A DNA stretch of 64,000 nucleotides from an uncultured Actinomycetota bacterium (GCA_963770725.1 CAVYQT010000002.1:126462-190461); one strand, 5' to 3'. Shown: positions 9,291 through 18,825, numbered from the stretch's first letter. Translations and numbers: made by a program. Notes: generated by a model from the letters alone, not told the origin.

Positions 9291-10787
9291 CTACGGCTTG
9301 TGTTCGCGCCACTCGCGTTCGAAGGGGAGGCGCCAGGCTCGGGGGGCGATGAGTTGGTGGACGGCGTTCGGGCCCCAGGTGCCGGGTTGGTAGGGCTTGA
9401 CCGGGGGCGGGTCGTCGAGGAGCAGGGCGGAGCGGTCCCACAGGGACTCGATGCCTTCGGCGGTGGTGAAGAGGGTGTGGTCGCCGCGCATCGCGTCCAG
9501 GATCAGGCGTTCGTAGGCTTCCAGTACGTCGCCCGCGCGCTCGGTCTCCTGGGTCGAGAACTGCATCGACAGCTTCTCCAGCCGCATCCCGGGACCGGGC
9601 CGCTTCCCGTAGAACGACAGCGACACCCGCGACGAGTCGGCCAGGTCGAACGTCAGGTGGTCCGGTCCCTGCGACCCCACCCCGGAGCCGGCCGGGAACA
9701 TCGTCTTCGGGGCTTCCTTGAAGGCGATCGAGATGATCCGCATCCCCTCGGCCATCCGTTTCCCGGTGCGCAGGTAGAACGGCACGCCGGCCCAGCGCCA
9801 GTTGTCGATGCCGACCTTCATCGCGATGAAGGTCTCGGTGTCGGAGTCCTGCGCGACCCCGTCCTCGTTGCGATAGCCGCCGTACTGACCGCGGACCACG
9901 TCGTCGGGGTCGATCGGGAGCATGGAGCGGAAGACCTTGTTCTTCTCCTCCGAGATGGCGCGCGGCTCCAGGGCGGTCGGCGGCTCCATCGCGACGAACG
10001 ACAGCACCTGGAGGACGTGCGTGACGACCATGTCCTTGAACGCGCCGGTCGGTTCGTAGAACGTCGCCCGCTGGTCGAGGCCGAGTGACTCGGGGATGTC
10101 GATCTGGACGTGGTCGATGAAGTTGCGGTTCCAGATCGGCTCGAACAGCCCGTTCGCGAACCGGAACGCGAGGATGTTCAGCGCCGCCTCCTTGCCGAGG
10201 AAGTGGTCGATCCGGAACACCTGCGACTCGTCGAAGGTCTCGTGCACGAAGTTGTTCAGCTGGATCGCGGTGGCCAGGTCGTCGCCGAACGGCTTCTCCA
10301 TCACCACCCGGGCGCGGTCGACCAGGTCGGCGTCGCGCAGCATCGCGACCACCGCCTGCGCGGCCTTCGGCGGCACGGACAGGTAGTGCAGCCGGCAAGT
10401 GTCCGGCCCGAGCTGCGCCTCGGCCGCCTTGACCGCGGCGGCGAGCGCCTCCGGCCCGGCCGTCGACGGCACGTACTCGAGCCGCTCGGCGAACTCGTTC
10501 AGCTCCTCGTCGTTCATCCGGTGCGTCCCGAAGGTCTCCACCGACTCCCGGGCCCGCTCCCGGAACTCGTCGCTTGTGAGCTGCTCGGTTGCCACGCCGA
10601 TGATGCGTACGTCGGGCGCGAACCTGGACTGCTGCAGATACGCCAGCCCCGGCAGCAGTTTGCGCTTGGCCAGATCCCCGGTCGCGCCGAACAGCACGAT
10701 CACGTGCGGCGCCAGCGGTTCGGGATCCCGCCGCGACGGGCGCGACCCCGGCGCCGGGTACGCGATGGTCTGAGTACGGTCAGGCAT
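9291..10787 (-). CDS. zwf: Glucose-6-phosphate 1-dehydrogenase
   Basis: FGATGDLAKRKL, RIDHFLGKE, RWAGVPFYLRTGKR. Confidence 0.95.
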   Translation of the reverse strand: MPDRTQTIAYPAPGSRPSRRDPEPLAPHVIVLFGATGDLAKRKLLPGLAYLQQSRFAPDVRIIGVATEQLTSDEFRERARESVETFGTHRMNDEELNEFAERLEYVPSTAGPEALAAAVKAAEAQLGPDTCRLHYLSVPPKAAQAVVAMLRDADLVDRARVVMEKPFGDDLATAIQLNNFVHETFDESQVFRIDHFLGKEAALNILAFRFANGLFEPIWNRNFIDHVQIDIPESLGLDQRATFYEPTGAFKDMVVTHVLQVLSFVAMEPPTALEPRAISEEKNKVFRSMLPIDPDDVVRGQYGGYRNEDGVAQDSDTETFIAMKVGIDNWRWAGVPFYLRTGKRMAEGMRIISIAFKEAPKTMFPAGSGVGSQGPDHLTFDLADSSRVSLSFYGKRPGPGMRLEKLSMQFSTQETERAGDVLEAYERLILDAMRGDHTLFTTAEGIESLWDRSALLLDDPPPVKPYQPGTWGPNAVHQLIAPRAWRLPFEREWREHKP

Positions 10788-10838
10788 GCAGTCCTCCCGA
10801 GGACACCGGAGCCAACACGCGAAAGTCTAGGCCCGCGC

Positions 10839-11392
10839 TCACGCCGACCGGCCGGATCCCTGGTCCAGTCTGATCATGTTCGTGGCCATCATCCGCGGCT
10901 GGTCGAGGCAGTTCGGTGCGGCCGTGTGGAACGTGTCGCAGTGCATGAAGAACACGTCACCGGCTCGGCCGGCCAGCTCGACCACCCGCAGGGGTACGCC
11001 GTCCACCTCGAAACCGTCGACCATGTACCGCTGGACCCGGTCGCCGTCGTCGCCGCCCCACAGCTCCCGCAACCACGGATGGGCCGCGCCGAGCTCACGC
11101 CGGAGCCGTTTCGGATGCGGGCCGTCCCCGGCCGGGGCGTACCGACCGACCAGGTGGTGCGATCCGGTGAGTACGAGCGTCGCGCCGCCGCGCGGCCGGA
11201 TGTCGTTCAGCAGCACGAACAGTTGCACTGCCCGAAGCCGAGGGCCCGACTCGAACGGCACGAAGTCGTTGTGCCAGACGATGGACGGAACATCCCAGAC
11301 CGTCTGGCCCGGACGTCGGCAGCCGGGATCGCACCGGCCAACCGCAGCAGGCCGGCGCGTCCGAATTCCTCGCGTTGAGCCGCGATCAACAT
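10839..11392 (-). pseudogene. PhyH/phytanoyl-CoA dioxygenase-like gene with internal deletion and frame break near 11310
   Basis: N-term MLIAAQREEFGRAGLLRLAGAIPAADV joined out of frame to PGQTVWDVPSIVWHND...GSH...GDVFFMHCDTFH. Confidence 0.65.
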
Positions 11393-11434
11393 GCCTACCA
11401 CTGTGACCGTGGACCGCGGCCGTCCGCGAACGAT

Positions 11435-11827
11435 TTAGCCGGCCGAAGCGGTCTGCCAGAGGCCGATCAGGTTGCCCTCGGAGTCGGTGAAGTAGGCCGC
11501 GAAGCCCATCTCGCCGACCGCGAGCTTCTCGCCCACCGGCTTGCCGCCGAGTTGCTCGATCGTCTTCTGGGTGGCGTCGATGTCGTCAACGTCGATCGTC
11601 AGCACCGGCTTGTTGACCTCGCCGGCGGCGGCCCGGTCGAACATGCCGCCGTTGATGAACCCGGGCTCGCTCGGCATACCTTCGTCGGTCACCGGCCCGG
11701 TCGACACCGTCGTGTACTGCAGCTCCGGCATCTCCTGGAGCTGCCACCCGAACGCCCCGGCGTAGAACGTGCGCGCCCGGTCGCCGTCGTCGTACGGAAT
11801 CTCGAAATGCACCACTCGTCCGGCCAT
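11435..11827 (-). CDS. VOC/glyoxalase family protein
   Basis: VVHFEIP...FYAGAFGW...AYFTDSEGNLIGLWQ; GGAGG RBS. Confidence 0.88.
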   Translation of the reverse strand: MAGRVVHFEIPYDDGDRARTFYAGAFGWQLQEMPELQYTTVSTGPVTDEGMPSEPGFINGGMFDRAAAGEVNKPVLTIDVDDIDATQKTIEQLGGKPVGEKLAVGEMGFAAYFTDSEGNLIGLWQTASAG

Positions 11828-11930
11828 CTCAGCCTCCCTCTGTGAATCCCGGTCTGGTCCGACGCTAAGCCCGCCCGGGCCGGAAAGCGAGGAGCAACCG
11901 GGCGGAGAGTGCCGGGCGTTTACGGTGGGG

Positions 11931-11965
11931 GTGTCTGTTTCCGCCGGGGCTGTTCGTCGGTGGGT
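11931..11965 (+). promoter_or_regulatory. Putative ECF sigma promoter (TGTCTG-N17-CGTC), copy 1
   Basis: Near-identical copy at 13492-13526; CGTC -10 typical of ECF promoters. Confidence 0.6.
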
Positions 11966-11986
11966 GAGACTGTCTGGAGGAGGACC

Positions 11987-12325
11987 GTGAAGTACTTGCT
12001 GATGATCGCCGGTGACGAGACGGCCGAGGCGCATGCGAACGACGGGTGCGGCGGCTGGTCGGAGGAGATGGAGCAGCGCGGTGTGGTCGAGGGCGGGGCC
12101 GGGCTGCGGCCGCCGTCGGAGGCGACGACCGTGCGGGTGCGGAACGACGAGGTGCTGCTGACCGACGGTCCGTTCGCGGAGACCAAGGAGCAGATCGGCG
12201 GGTTCGTGCTGATCGACTGCGCCGATCTCGACGAGGCGATCGAGATCGCGGCCAAGCATCCGGCGGCCGGCTACGGGACGATCGAGATCAGGCCGGTATG
12301 GGAGCCACCGCCGGGGGTTGTGTGA
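11987..12325 (+). CDS. YciI family DGPF protein
   Basis: TDGPFAETKEQIGGF motif; GGAGGAGG RBS before GTG. Confidence 0.9.
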   Translation: MKYLLMIAGDETAEAHANDGCGGWSEEMEQRGVVEGGAGLRPPSEATTVRVRNDEVLLTDGPFAETKEQIGGFVLIDCADLDEAIEIAAKHPAAGYGTIEIRPVWEPPPGVV

Positions 12326-13503
12326 CGTTCGAGCAGATCTACCGGCAGGAGTGGGGTCAGGTCGTTGCCACGCTGATCCGCCTGACCGGTGACTGGGAGT
12401 TGGCCGAGGAGTGCGCGCAGGAGGCGTTCGCGGCCGCCCTGGAGCGCTGGCCGCGAGACGGCGTACCGGACAAGCCCGGTGCCTGGCTGACCACGACCGC
12501 ACGCAACAAGGCCCGCGACTGGCAGCGCCGGGAGGCTGTCGGCGCGGCCAAGCTGAAGGAGGTGGCTGCTTTGGGATCCGAGTCGGACGAGCCGTACGAC
12601 GTACCCGACGACCGGCTGCGGCTCATGTTCACCTGCTGCCACCCGGCACTGGCGATGGAGGCGCGGGTGGCCTTGACGCTGCGGACCCTGGCAGGGCTCA
12701 GTACGGCGGAGATCGCTCGGGCGTTCCTGGTTCCGGAGATGACCATGTCGAAGCGACTCACCAGGGCCAAGCAGAAGATCCAGCACGCCGGCATCCCTTA
12801 CCGCGTCCCGCCTGCGCATCTCCTGCCGGAGCGGACGCCCGCCGTACTGGCCGTGCTCTATCTGCTGTTCAACGAGGGATACACCGATGTCGTCCGGAGC
12901 AGTCTGACCAGTGAGGCGATCAGACTGGCTCGTCTGCTCGCGCAACTGATGCCGGACGAGCCAGAGGTGGTTGGACTGCTTGCACTCATGCTGCTGCACG
13001 ACGCCCGCCGTGGCACCCGGCTGAACGCTGACGGTGTGCTGGTGACGCTGGAGGACCAGGACCGCACCCGCTGGGACCACGCAGCGATCACCGAAGGCGT
13101 CGATCTGCTGGAGGCCACGCTCCGACGCGGCTCACCCGGGCCTTACCAGGTGCAGGCCGCCATTGCCGCCTGTCACGCCTCTGCGCGTACGGCGGCCGAC
13201 ACCGACTGGCCGCAGATCGCCGGACTGTACGGCCAGCTCAAGCAGACCCCGGTGGTCGCACTGAACCGTGCAGTCGCCATCGGCATGGCTGACGGCCCTG
13301 CTGTGGGACTCCAGCTCGTCGACGAGCTGGCAGCGGGTCCACTGGCCGGCTATCACCTGCTGCCGGCTACTCGCGCCGACTTCCTCCGGCGGCTCGGACG
13401 GTACGACGAGGCCGCGACGTCGTACCGGGAGGCGATGGAACTCGCGGCGACGGATGCCGAGCGCCGCTATCTGACAAAGAGGCTGGACGAGGTGTCTGTC
13501 TGA
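12322..13503 (+). CDS. ECF sigma factor with C-terminal TPR-like extension (ECF42 type)
   Basis: AEECAQEAF, DDRLRLMFTCCHPAL, YLLFNEGY, GPYQVQAAIAA; coupled to DGPF gene. Confidence 0.9.
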   Translation: MTFEQIYRQEWGQVVATLIRLTGDWELAEECAQEAFAAALERWPRDGVPDKPGAWLTTTARNKARDWQRREAVGAAKLKEVAALGSESDEPYDVPDDRLRLMFTCCHPALAMEARVALTLRTLAGLSTAEIARAFLVPEMTMSKRLTRAKQKIQHAGIPYRVPPAHLLPERTPAVLAVLYLLFNEGYTDVVRSSLTSEAIRLARLLAQLMPDEPEVVGLLALMLLHDARRGTRLNADGVLVTLEDQDRTRWDHAAITEGVDLLEATLRRGSPGPYQVQAAIAACHASARTAADTDWPQIAGLYGQLKQTPVVALNRAVAIGMADGPAVGLQLVDELAAGPLAGYHLLPATRADFLRRLGRYDEAATSYREAMELAATDAERRYLTKRLDEVSV

Positions 13504-13526
13504 GCGGAATCCGTTCGTCGGTGGGT
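13492..13526 (+). promoter_or_regulatory. Putative ECF sigma promoter, copy 2 (probably leaderless transcript)
   Basis: GTGTCTGT...GTTCGTCGGTGGGT directly followed by ATG 13527. Confidence 0.6.
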
Positions 13527-14156
13527 ATGACCGATATCAGAGAGGCCGTTGCCGGGGAACGGAGCGACCTTGCCGACCTGCTGACAGAACTGCCGGCCGA
13601 GGACTGGGACAAGCCGACGCTCTGCGCGGGCTGGCGGGTGCGGGAACTGGTTGCCCACATCACGATGCCGTACCGGCTGTCCATGCCCGGTTTCCTGCTG
13701 GGGATGATCAAGGCCCGAGGCAACTTCGACCGCCTCGCCGACCGCCGGGCCCGCCGGGACGCTGCTGAGCTGTCCCCACTCGAGCTGACCGAATGCCTGC
13801 GGCAGAACATCAACCACCCCTGGAAGCCGCCGGGCGGCGGCTACGAGGGTGCGCTGTCGCACGACGTCATCCACGGTCTCGACATCACCGTTGCTCTAGG
13901 CATCGACCGCCAGGTGCCCGCGGATCGGCTGCGCCACATCCTGGGCGATCTGAAACCCCGCCAGCTCAAGTACTTCGGCGTAGACCTCACCGGCATCCAG
14001 CTCCGCGCCACCGACCTCGACTGGACCCACGGCACCGGCGAGGTCCTGTCCGGGAAGGCCCAGGACCTCCTCCTCGTCCTCTGCGGCCGAACCCTCCCGC
14101 CCAACCACCTGACGGGTGCGCCCGCGACCCGCTTCACCAAGGAGTCAGTCCGATGA
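13527..14156 (+). CDS. Mycothiol-dependent maleylpyruvate isomerase (DinB-like) family protein
   Basis: PTLCAGWRVRELVAH, HDVIHGLDI. Confidence 0.88.
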   Translation: MTDIREAVAGERSDLADLLTELPAEDWDKPTLCAGWRVRELVAHITMPYRLSMPGFLLGMIKARGNFDRLADRRARRDAAELSPLELTECLRQNINHPWKPPGGGYEGALSHDVIHGLDITVALGIDRQVPADRLRHILGDLKPRQLKYFGVDLTGIQLRATDLDWTHGTGEVLSGKAQDLLLVLCGRTLPPNHLTGAPATRFTKESVR

Positions 14157-14536
14157 TCATCAGCCTGCCCATCGAGGACCGCACCCGTTCGTACGCCTTT
14201 TACCAGGACGCCTTCGGATTCACCCCGATCGGCGAGCCGGCCGAGGACGGCGTACCCGAACCACTCCAGTTCGCCCCAACCGAGGACGTCCGGCTGATGC
14301 TCATCCCCACCGGCGGCTTCGGCTGGGTCCTCGGCGACCACCCGGCGGCCCCTCGCGGTACCAGCGAATGCATCCTCTCCATCCCGCTGGAGTCCGAGGC
14401 CGCCGTCGACGCCCTCTTCACCCGAGCCACGACCGCCGGGGCGACCGCACTCGACAAACCCACGCGTCGTCCGTGGGCCTACCTCGGCACGCTCACCGAC
14501 CCCGACGGCCATGTCTGGATGATCGAGACGACCTGA
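14153..14536 (+). CDS. VOC family protein
   Basis: RSYAFYQDAFGF...DPDGHVW; ATGA overlap with the previous gene. Confidence 0.85.
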   Translation: MIISLPIEDRTRSYAFYQDAFGFTPIGEPAEDGVPEPLQFAPTEDVRLMLIPTGGFGWVLGDHPAAPRGTSECILSIPLESEAAVDALFTRATTAGATALDKPTRRPWAYLGTLTDPDGHVWMIETT

Positions 14537-14539
14537 CCG

Positions 14540-14620
14540 TCAGCGCGGCAGGCCCTGCCAGAAGTCGCAGTGGTGGTCGGTGGAGTACGGCGTCGGCGCG
14601 ATGCCGGCGGTGGCCTCCCC
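14540..14620 (-). pseudogene. C-terminal remnant of a type-B carboxylesterase-like gene
   Basis: Minus-strand translation ATAGIAPTPYSTDHHCDFWQGLPR*. Confidence 0.45.
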
Positions 14621-14625
14621 GACGA

Positions 14626-15228
14626 TTAACTCAACTTGGCGACGTCGTAGACGAGGTGGGTCACGCGATCGCCCTGGACGACCTGCGAGGGGTTGTCCAG
14701 CATGATCGGGGCGGCCAGCGGACCGGTCGCGTAGAACGGACGGCCCGAACCGAACACCGTCGGGACGAGATTGACGACGATCCGGTCGATCAGGCCGAGC
14801 GCGAGGGCCTGTCCGCCGATCTGGCCGGCCGCGACGTCGACGATCCGGTCGCCGGCGAACTCCTGGGCGGCCTCGATGGCCTCCCTGACGCCGTTGACAA
14901 AGGTGAACGGGGCGGTGTCGGCGTACTCCCAGTCCTTCGGCGGTTCGTGGGTGACCACGAAGACGTGCTCACCGGCGGCCGGCTTGCCGTCCCAGCCGTT
15001 GGTCATGTCGAAGAGACGCCGCCCGATGACGTTGGCCGCCATGCCTTGGTAGAGGGAACGGGTGAAGTCGGCCGATGCCTGGGTGGTCTGGACCTTGTCG
15101 TCGCTGCCCTCGAAGGACCAACTGACGTCCCCGTTTCCCAGCCAGTCGAACAGCGGCCCGACCCCGTCGTTGTCATCGGCCATGTAGCCGTCCAGCGAGA
15201 CAATGGCACCCATGATCGTCTTGCCCAT
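14626..15228 (-). CDS. Dihydrofolate reductase/RibD C-terminal family protein
   Basis: VSLDGYMAD, GRRLFD, VPTVFGSG. Confidence 0.85.
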   Translation of the reverse strand: MGKTIMGAIVSLDGYMADDNDGVGPLFDWLGNGDVSWSFEGSDDKVQTTQASADFTRSLYQGMAANVIGRRLFDMTNGWDGKPAAGEHVFVVTHEPPKDWEYADTAPFTFVNGVREAIEAAQEFAGDRIVDVAAGQIGGQALALGLIDRIVVNLVPTVFGSGRPFYATGPLAAPIMLDNPSQVVQGDRVTHLVYDVAKLS

Positions 15229-15318
15229 CAGATTCTCCTTCCGCTACCGCGTCGTGCCACCGAGGCTACGAGGCCGGTAGGGCGGTCCGAATCTGTCAAA
15301 CGACTGGTGCCGGCACGG

Positions 15319-17997
15319 TCACGGATTGAGCCGGGCGAGCTGCGAGCGCCGGCTGACGCCCAGTTTGGGATACGCCTTGTACAGGTGATGGCCGATCGTG
15401 CGCGGGCTGAGGAACAGCTCGGCCGCGATCTCCCGGTTGCTCATCCCCTGGGCGGCACGGCGGACGACCTGCAACTCCTGCGGGGTGAGCAGTCCGACAC
15501 CCTCGACCGCCACCTGCGGAGCCGGAAGGATCTCGCCGAGGGCGGTGAGCTCGGTCCTGGCGCGTTGTTGCCAGCCGTGCGCCCCGATCCGCTCGAATGC
15601 GTCGAAGGCTTCGATCAGCTGTGCCCGAGCAGCTGTCCGACGGCGATTCCGCCGCAGCCATTCGCCGTACGCGAGGCGGGTGCGGGCCTGATCGTAGGGT
15701 CCACATCCGTCGAGACGTAGGGCCGCCTCGAATGCATCAGCTCCGTCCGCGACAAGAGCCTCGCAGCGCAGCACAAGTCCACGAGCAGGCGGGGTCCCGG
15801 CGTACGTCGCCCAGTCGATCAACCGGGGCAGGTGGCGTCGCGCCCGGTCGTAGTCACCCGTGCGTACGGCGGCCTCGACGTGATCGGGGATCGCTCGCAT
15901 CGTCACATCGCGCCCGGCCGGGCCGTCGCACAGCGGCTCCAGCCGGCGGAGCGCGGCGGCCGGGTCGCCTGCCGTAAGGTCGCCGAGGGCACAGGCCCAG
16001 GTCGCCAGTTCCGACGCGACCCGATGGCGCCGGGTGTCGCCGAGCACCAGTTCGGACTGCTTCTGGACGGCCTCGACGTCACCGCGGACCGCGGCGAGCC
16101 ACGCCGAGATCGAGGTGAGCACGACGACCTGCAGGTCCTGGCCGAGGTCGGTGGCGAGCTCGATCGCCTCGGCGACGTTCGCCGCCGCGTCCTGGAAGCG
16201 GCCGGTGACCATCTGGGCCAGCGCGAGCGCCTCCTGCCCGTACGGCAACCAGCCGAGCGCACCCTGGCCGCGCAGGGCGGCGACGTGGTCGTCGATCAAT
16301 GTGAGGGCAGCGTCGTCGTCGCCGATCAGTAGGCCGGCGAACCCGGCCATCAGCAGCTCGACCGTCTCCTTGACGAGCCCGTCCTGCGCAGCCGCCAGCA
16401 ACACCCGCAGCGGCGGGACCCCGGCTTCAGGGCGTCCCTGCAGCAGTTCGGTCAAGCCGATCAAGGCCTCGATCATCACCGGCGGTCCGCCTCGGACGGA
16501 CTTCAGTTGCCCGGCGCAACGACGTAGCAGCTCGGGATCGGCCGCGTCGCGGGCGCACCAGGTCGCCTCGGTCAGGACGGACGCCGCGCGGTCCGGGTCG
16601 GCCGACAAGATCGGCGCTGCGGCGTCGAGCGAGAGCGTGCACGCGGCAGCGGGGGAGTGGCGCTCGTAGGCCACCTGTGCCTGGATCCAGCCACACTCAG
16701 CCTGTTCGCCGGGGTCCGTCGTGACCGTGCGTCCGGCCGCGGCCAGGTGCGCGGCACGATCGAGCTGACCCGCGTCGTAGGCGGCCCGGGCCGCTCCGAC
16801 CAGACGCCTGGCCCGGTCCGCCCGGTCGCCGCTCAGTTCCGCGGCCCGTTCCAGCGCTCGGGTGGCCGCTGCCGGACCACCACGATCGAACGCGCGCCCG
16901 GCAGCGCGTTCGAGCTCCGCGGCGGCGGCGTTGTCGATGCCGCCGGCGGCGGCTGCGAGGTGCCACGCGCGCCGATCGGCATCCCGCGGGTCGGTGAGCG
17001 ACGCCGCCAGAGCCGCATGTACGGCGACGCGTCGCGCGAACGTGGCGTCCTGGTAGACCGCGGCCCGGATCAACGGATGCCGGAAGGCGACCGCGTGCGA
17101 GGTCACCCGGATCAGGCGGCCGTCTTCGGCCGGTTCGAGGTCCGCGGTATCCAGGCCCAGCCGTTCCGCCGCGGCCGAGAACGATCCTAGCTCCGAGGTC
17201 TGGTCCGCGGCCGCGATCAGCAACGCCAGTCTGGTGTCCTCCGGAAGCGCACGAACCTGGACACGGAAGTGTTCCCCCAAGCGCCCGGCGGCCGGCAGTG
17301 GGGCCATCGGAGCGGGGGAGTCGGTCGTGCCGTCGCTGGCGGCGAGCTCCAGGATGGCCAGCGGGTTCCCCTCGGACTCCGCGAGAACGCGTTCGGCCAC
17401 CTCGTGCGGCAACGCCCGTACGTCGGCCAGCAGCCGGGCGGAGTCGGTCTTGTCCAGGCGTTGGAGGGTGATGCTGTCCACCCCGGCCGCGGGAAACGGC
17501 CGGTCACCGTCGCGCGCCACGAAGATGATCGCGATCGGATCGGTGCTGAGACGCCGTACCGCGAACAGCAGCGCGTCGATCGACGACTGGTCGAACCAGT
17601 GCGCGTCGTCGATCAGGCATAACAGCGGCTTCTCCTCGGCCAGATCGGAGAGCAGGGTCACGATGGCCGCACCCACGGCCAGCCGCTCGCCGGCCGACGT
17701 ACCGATGCCGAAGGCAGCCCGTAACGCCTGCGCCTGCGGACCGGGTAAAGCGCCGAACCGATCGGAGAAGCCGGCCAGCATCACCTGAAGACCGGCGAAC
17801 GGGATCTCCGCCTCGGACTCGATCCCGGCCACCCGAAGCACCCGCAACCCCTCGGCCGCCCCGGCCGCCTGCTCGAGCAACGCCGTCTTCCCGATCCCAG
17901 CCTCACCCCGCACCACCAGCGACCGCCCCCGCCCACCCCTGGCGTCACCGATCACCCCACGGACCAGCCCCCACTCAACAGCCCGCCCCACCAACAC
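15319..17997 (-). CDS. AAA-ATPase LuxR family (LAL-type) regulator
   Basis: GEAGIGKT Walker A, DDAHW, C-terminal LTPQE...SNREIAAELFLSPRT HTH; start at VLVGR (longer ORF start is repeat-derived). Confidence 0.88.
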   Translation of the reverse strand: MLVGRAVEWGLVRGVIGDARGGRGRSLVVRGEAGIGKTALLEQAAGAAEGLRVLRVAGIESEAEIPFAGLQVMLAGFSDRFGALPGPQAQALRAAFGIGTSAGERLAVGAAIVTLLSDLAEEKPLLCLIDDAHWFDQSSIDALLFAVRRLSTDPIAIIFVARDGDRPFPAAGVDSITLQRLDKTDSARLLADVRALPHEVAERVLAESEGNPLAILELAASDGTTDSPAPMAPLPAAGRLGEHFRVQVRALPEDTRLALLIAAADQTSELGSFSAAAERLGLDTADLEPAEDGRLIRVTSHAVAFRHPLIRAAVYQDATFARRVAVHAALAASLTDPRDADRRAWHLAAAAGGIDNAAAAELERAAGRAFDRGGPAAATRALERAAELSGDRADRARRLVGAARAAYDAGQLDRAAHLAAAGRTVTTDPGEQAECGWIQAQVAYERHSPAAACTLSLDAAAPILSADPDRAASVLTEATWCARDAADPELLRRCAGQLKSVRGGPPVMIEALIGLTELLQGRPEAGVPPLRVLLAAAQDGLVKETVELLMAGFAGLLIGDDDAALTLIDDHVAALRGQGALGWLPYGQEALALAQMVTGRFQDAAANVAEAIELATDLGQDLQVVVLTSISAWLAAVRGDVEAVQKQSELVLGDTRRHRVASELATWACALGDLTAGDPAAALRRLEPLCDGPAGRDVTMRAIPDHVEAAVRTGDYDRARRHLPRLIDWATYAGTPPARGLVLRCEALVADGADAFEAALRLDGCGPYDQARTRLAYGEWLRRNRRRTAARAQLIEAFDAFERIGAHGWQQRARTELTALGEILPAPQVAVEGVGLLTPQELQVVRRAAQGMSNREIAAELFLSPRTIGHHLYKAYPKLGVSRRSQLARLNP

Positions 17998-18067
17998 CCC
18001 CGCAGCGTAACCCCGACCAGGGCCCCCACCCCCAACAGCCGCGAGCACCCCCCACCCAAGCCCAACA

Positions 18068-18210
18068 GCCCACAGCAACCACAGCCCCGAGCCCAAGCGC
18101 CCACAGCAACCAGCGCCCGGAACCCGACAGCCCACAGCAACCACCGCCCCGAGCCCAAGCGCCCACAGCAACCAGCGCCCGAAACCCGACAGCCCACAGC
18201 AACCACAGCC
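18068..18210 (+). repeat. 31-bp tandem repeat with alternating A/B units (62-bp higher-order period)
   Basis: GCCCACAGCAACCA core at 18068, 18099, 18130, 18161, 18192. Confidence 0.9.
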
Positions 18211-18270
18211 AAGGGGGTCCGGGGGGCGAAGCCCCTCCGGGCGGGGTGTGGGGGGTGCACCCCCCACAAA
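18211..18270. repeat. REP-like double hairpin element
   Basis: CCGGGGGGCGAAGCCCCTCCGG (18219-18240) plus perfect 22-bp palindrome TGTGGGGGGTGCACCCCCCACA (18247-18268). Confidence 0.65.
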
Positions 18271-18329
18271 ACACCGCGAGCGATCCACGTCCGCGCAGTT
18301 TGCGGACAAGGATCGCTCGATCGATCGCG

Positions 18330-18401
18330 CGCCCCCGGCAGGATTCGAACCTGCGCACCCGCCTCCGGAGGGCGGTGCTCTATCCCCTGAGCTACGGGGG
18401 C
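18330..18401 (-). tRNA. tRNA-Arg(CCG)
   Basis: GCCCCCGTAGCTCAGGGGATAGAGCACCGCCCTCCGGAGGCGGGTGCGCAGGTTCGAATCCTGCCGGGGGC cloverleaf, no encoded CCA; typical position near argS. Confidence 0.95.
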
Positions 18402-18593
18402 TCAGGAACGTGCAGAACAGTAGCAGGAAACGTCAGCCAATCGAGAATCGGGCCGGGCGCCCGGTGAGTCACCCGGAACGGCGCCCGGGGGACCCTGATC
18501 CGACCCTGGAAGGGCGGTGCGGCGGGATCGACAGTGGGCGGGACGGCGTCATAGTGGAGGTAAGCCCATCTGCTGAAAGGAAGTCGGTAACCC

Positions 18594-18779
18594 ATGGCTA
18601 GCTCTCTGGTCCGCCCGTCCAGCGGTCGTTGGATCGGCGGTGTCTGTGCCGGACTGGCTCGCCGGTTCGGTATCTCCGCGAACACGATGCGGCTCATCTT
18701 CGTCATCAGCTGCCTCCTGCCCGGCCCGCAGATCCTCATCTACATCGTGCTCTGGATCCTGATGCCGTCGGACCGCTGA
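18594..18779 (+). CDS. PspC domain protein
   Basis: RWIGGVCAGLARRFG...YIVLWILMP. Confidence 0.9.
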   Translation: MASSLVRPSSGRWIGGVCAGLARRFGISANTMRLIFVISCLLPGPQILIYIVLWILMPSDR

Positions 18780-18825
18780 CCCCCGGCGACCGCCCACCCG
18801 GCCACGGCATGACAATCTGCTCCTC

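Noticed and set aside
18068-18210. Possible CRISPR array
   Set aside because: Repeat core only 14 bp, 17-bp linkers recur (A-B-A-B) rather than being unique, and no cas genes are present
17998-18309. Cys/Trp/Gly-rich N-terminal extension of the LuxR regulator
   Set aside because: Translation of the tandem repeat and REP; family homology starts at VLVGR (17997)
1-18330. Integrative element at the tRNA-Arg 3' end
   Set aside because: No integrase and no duplicated tRNA 3' end (att site) seen in the window
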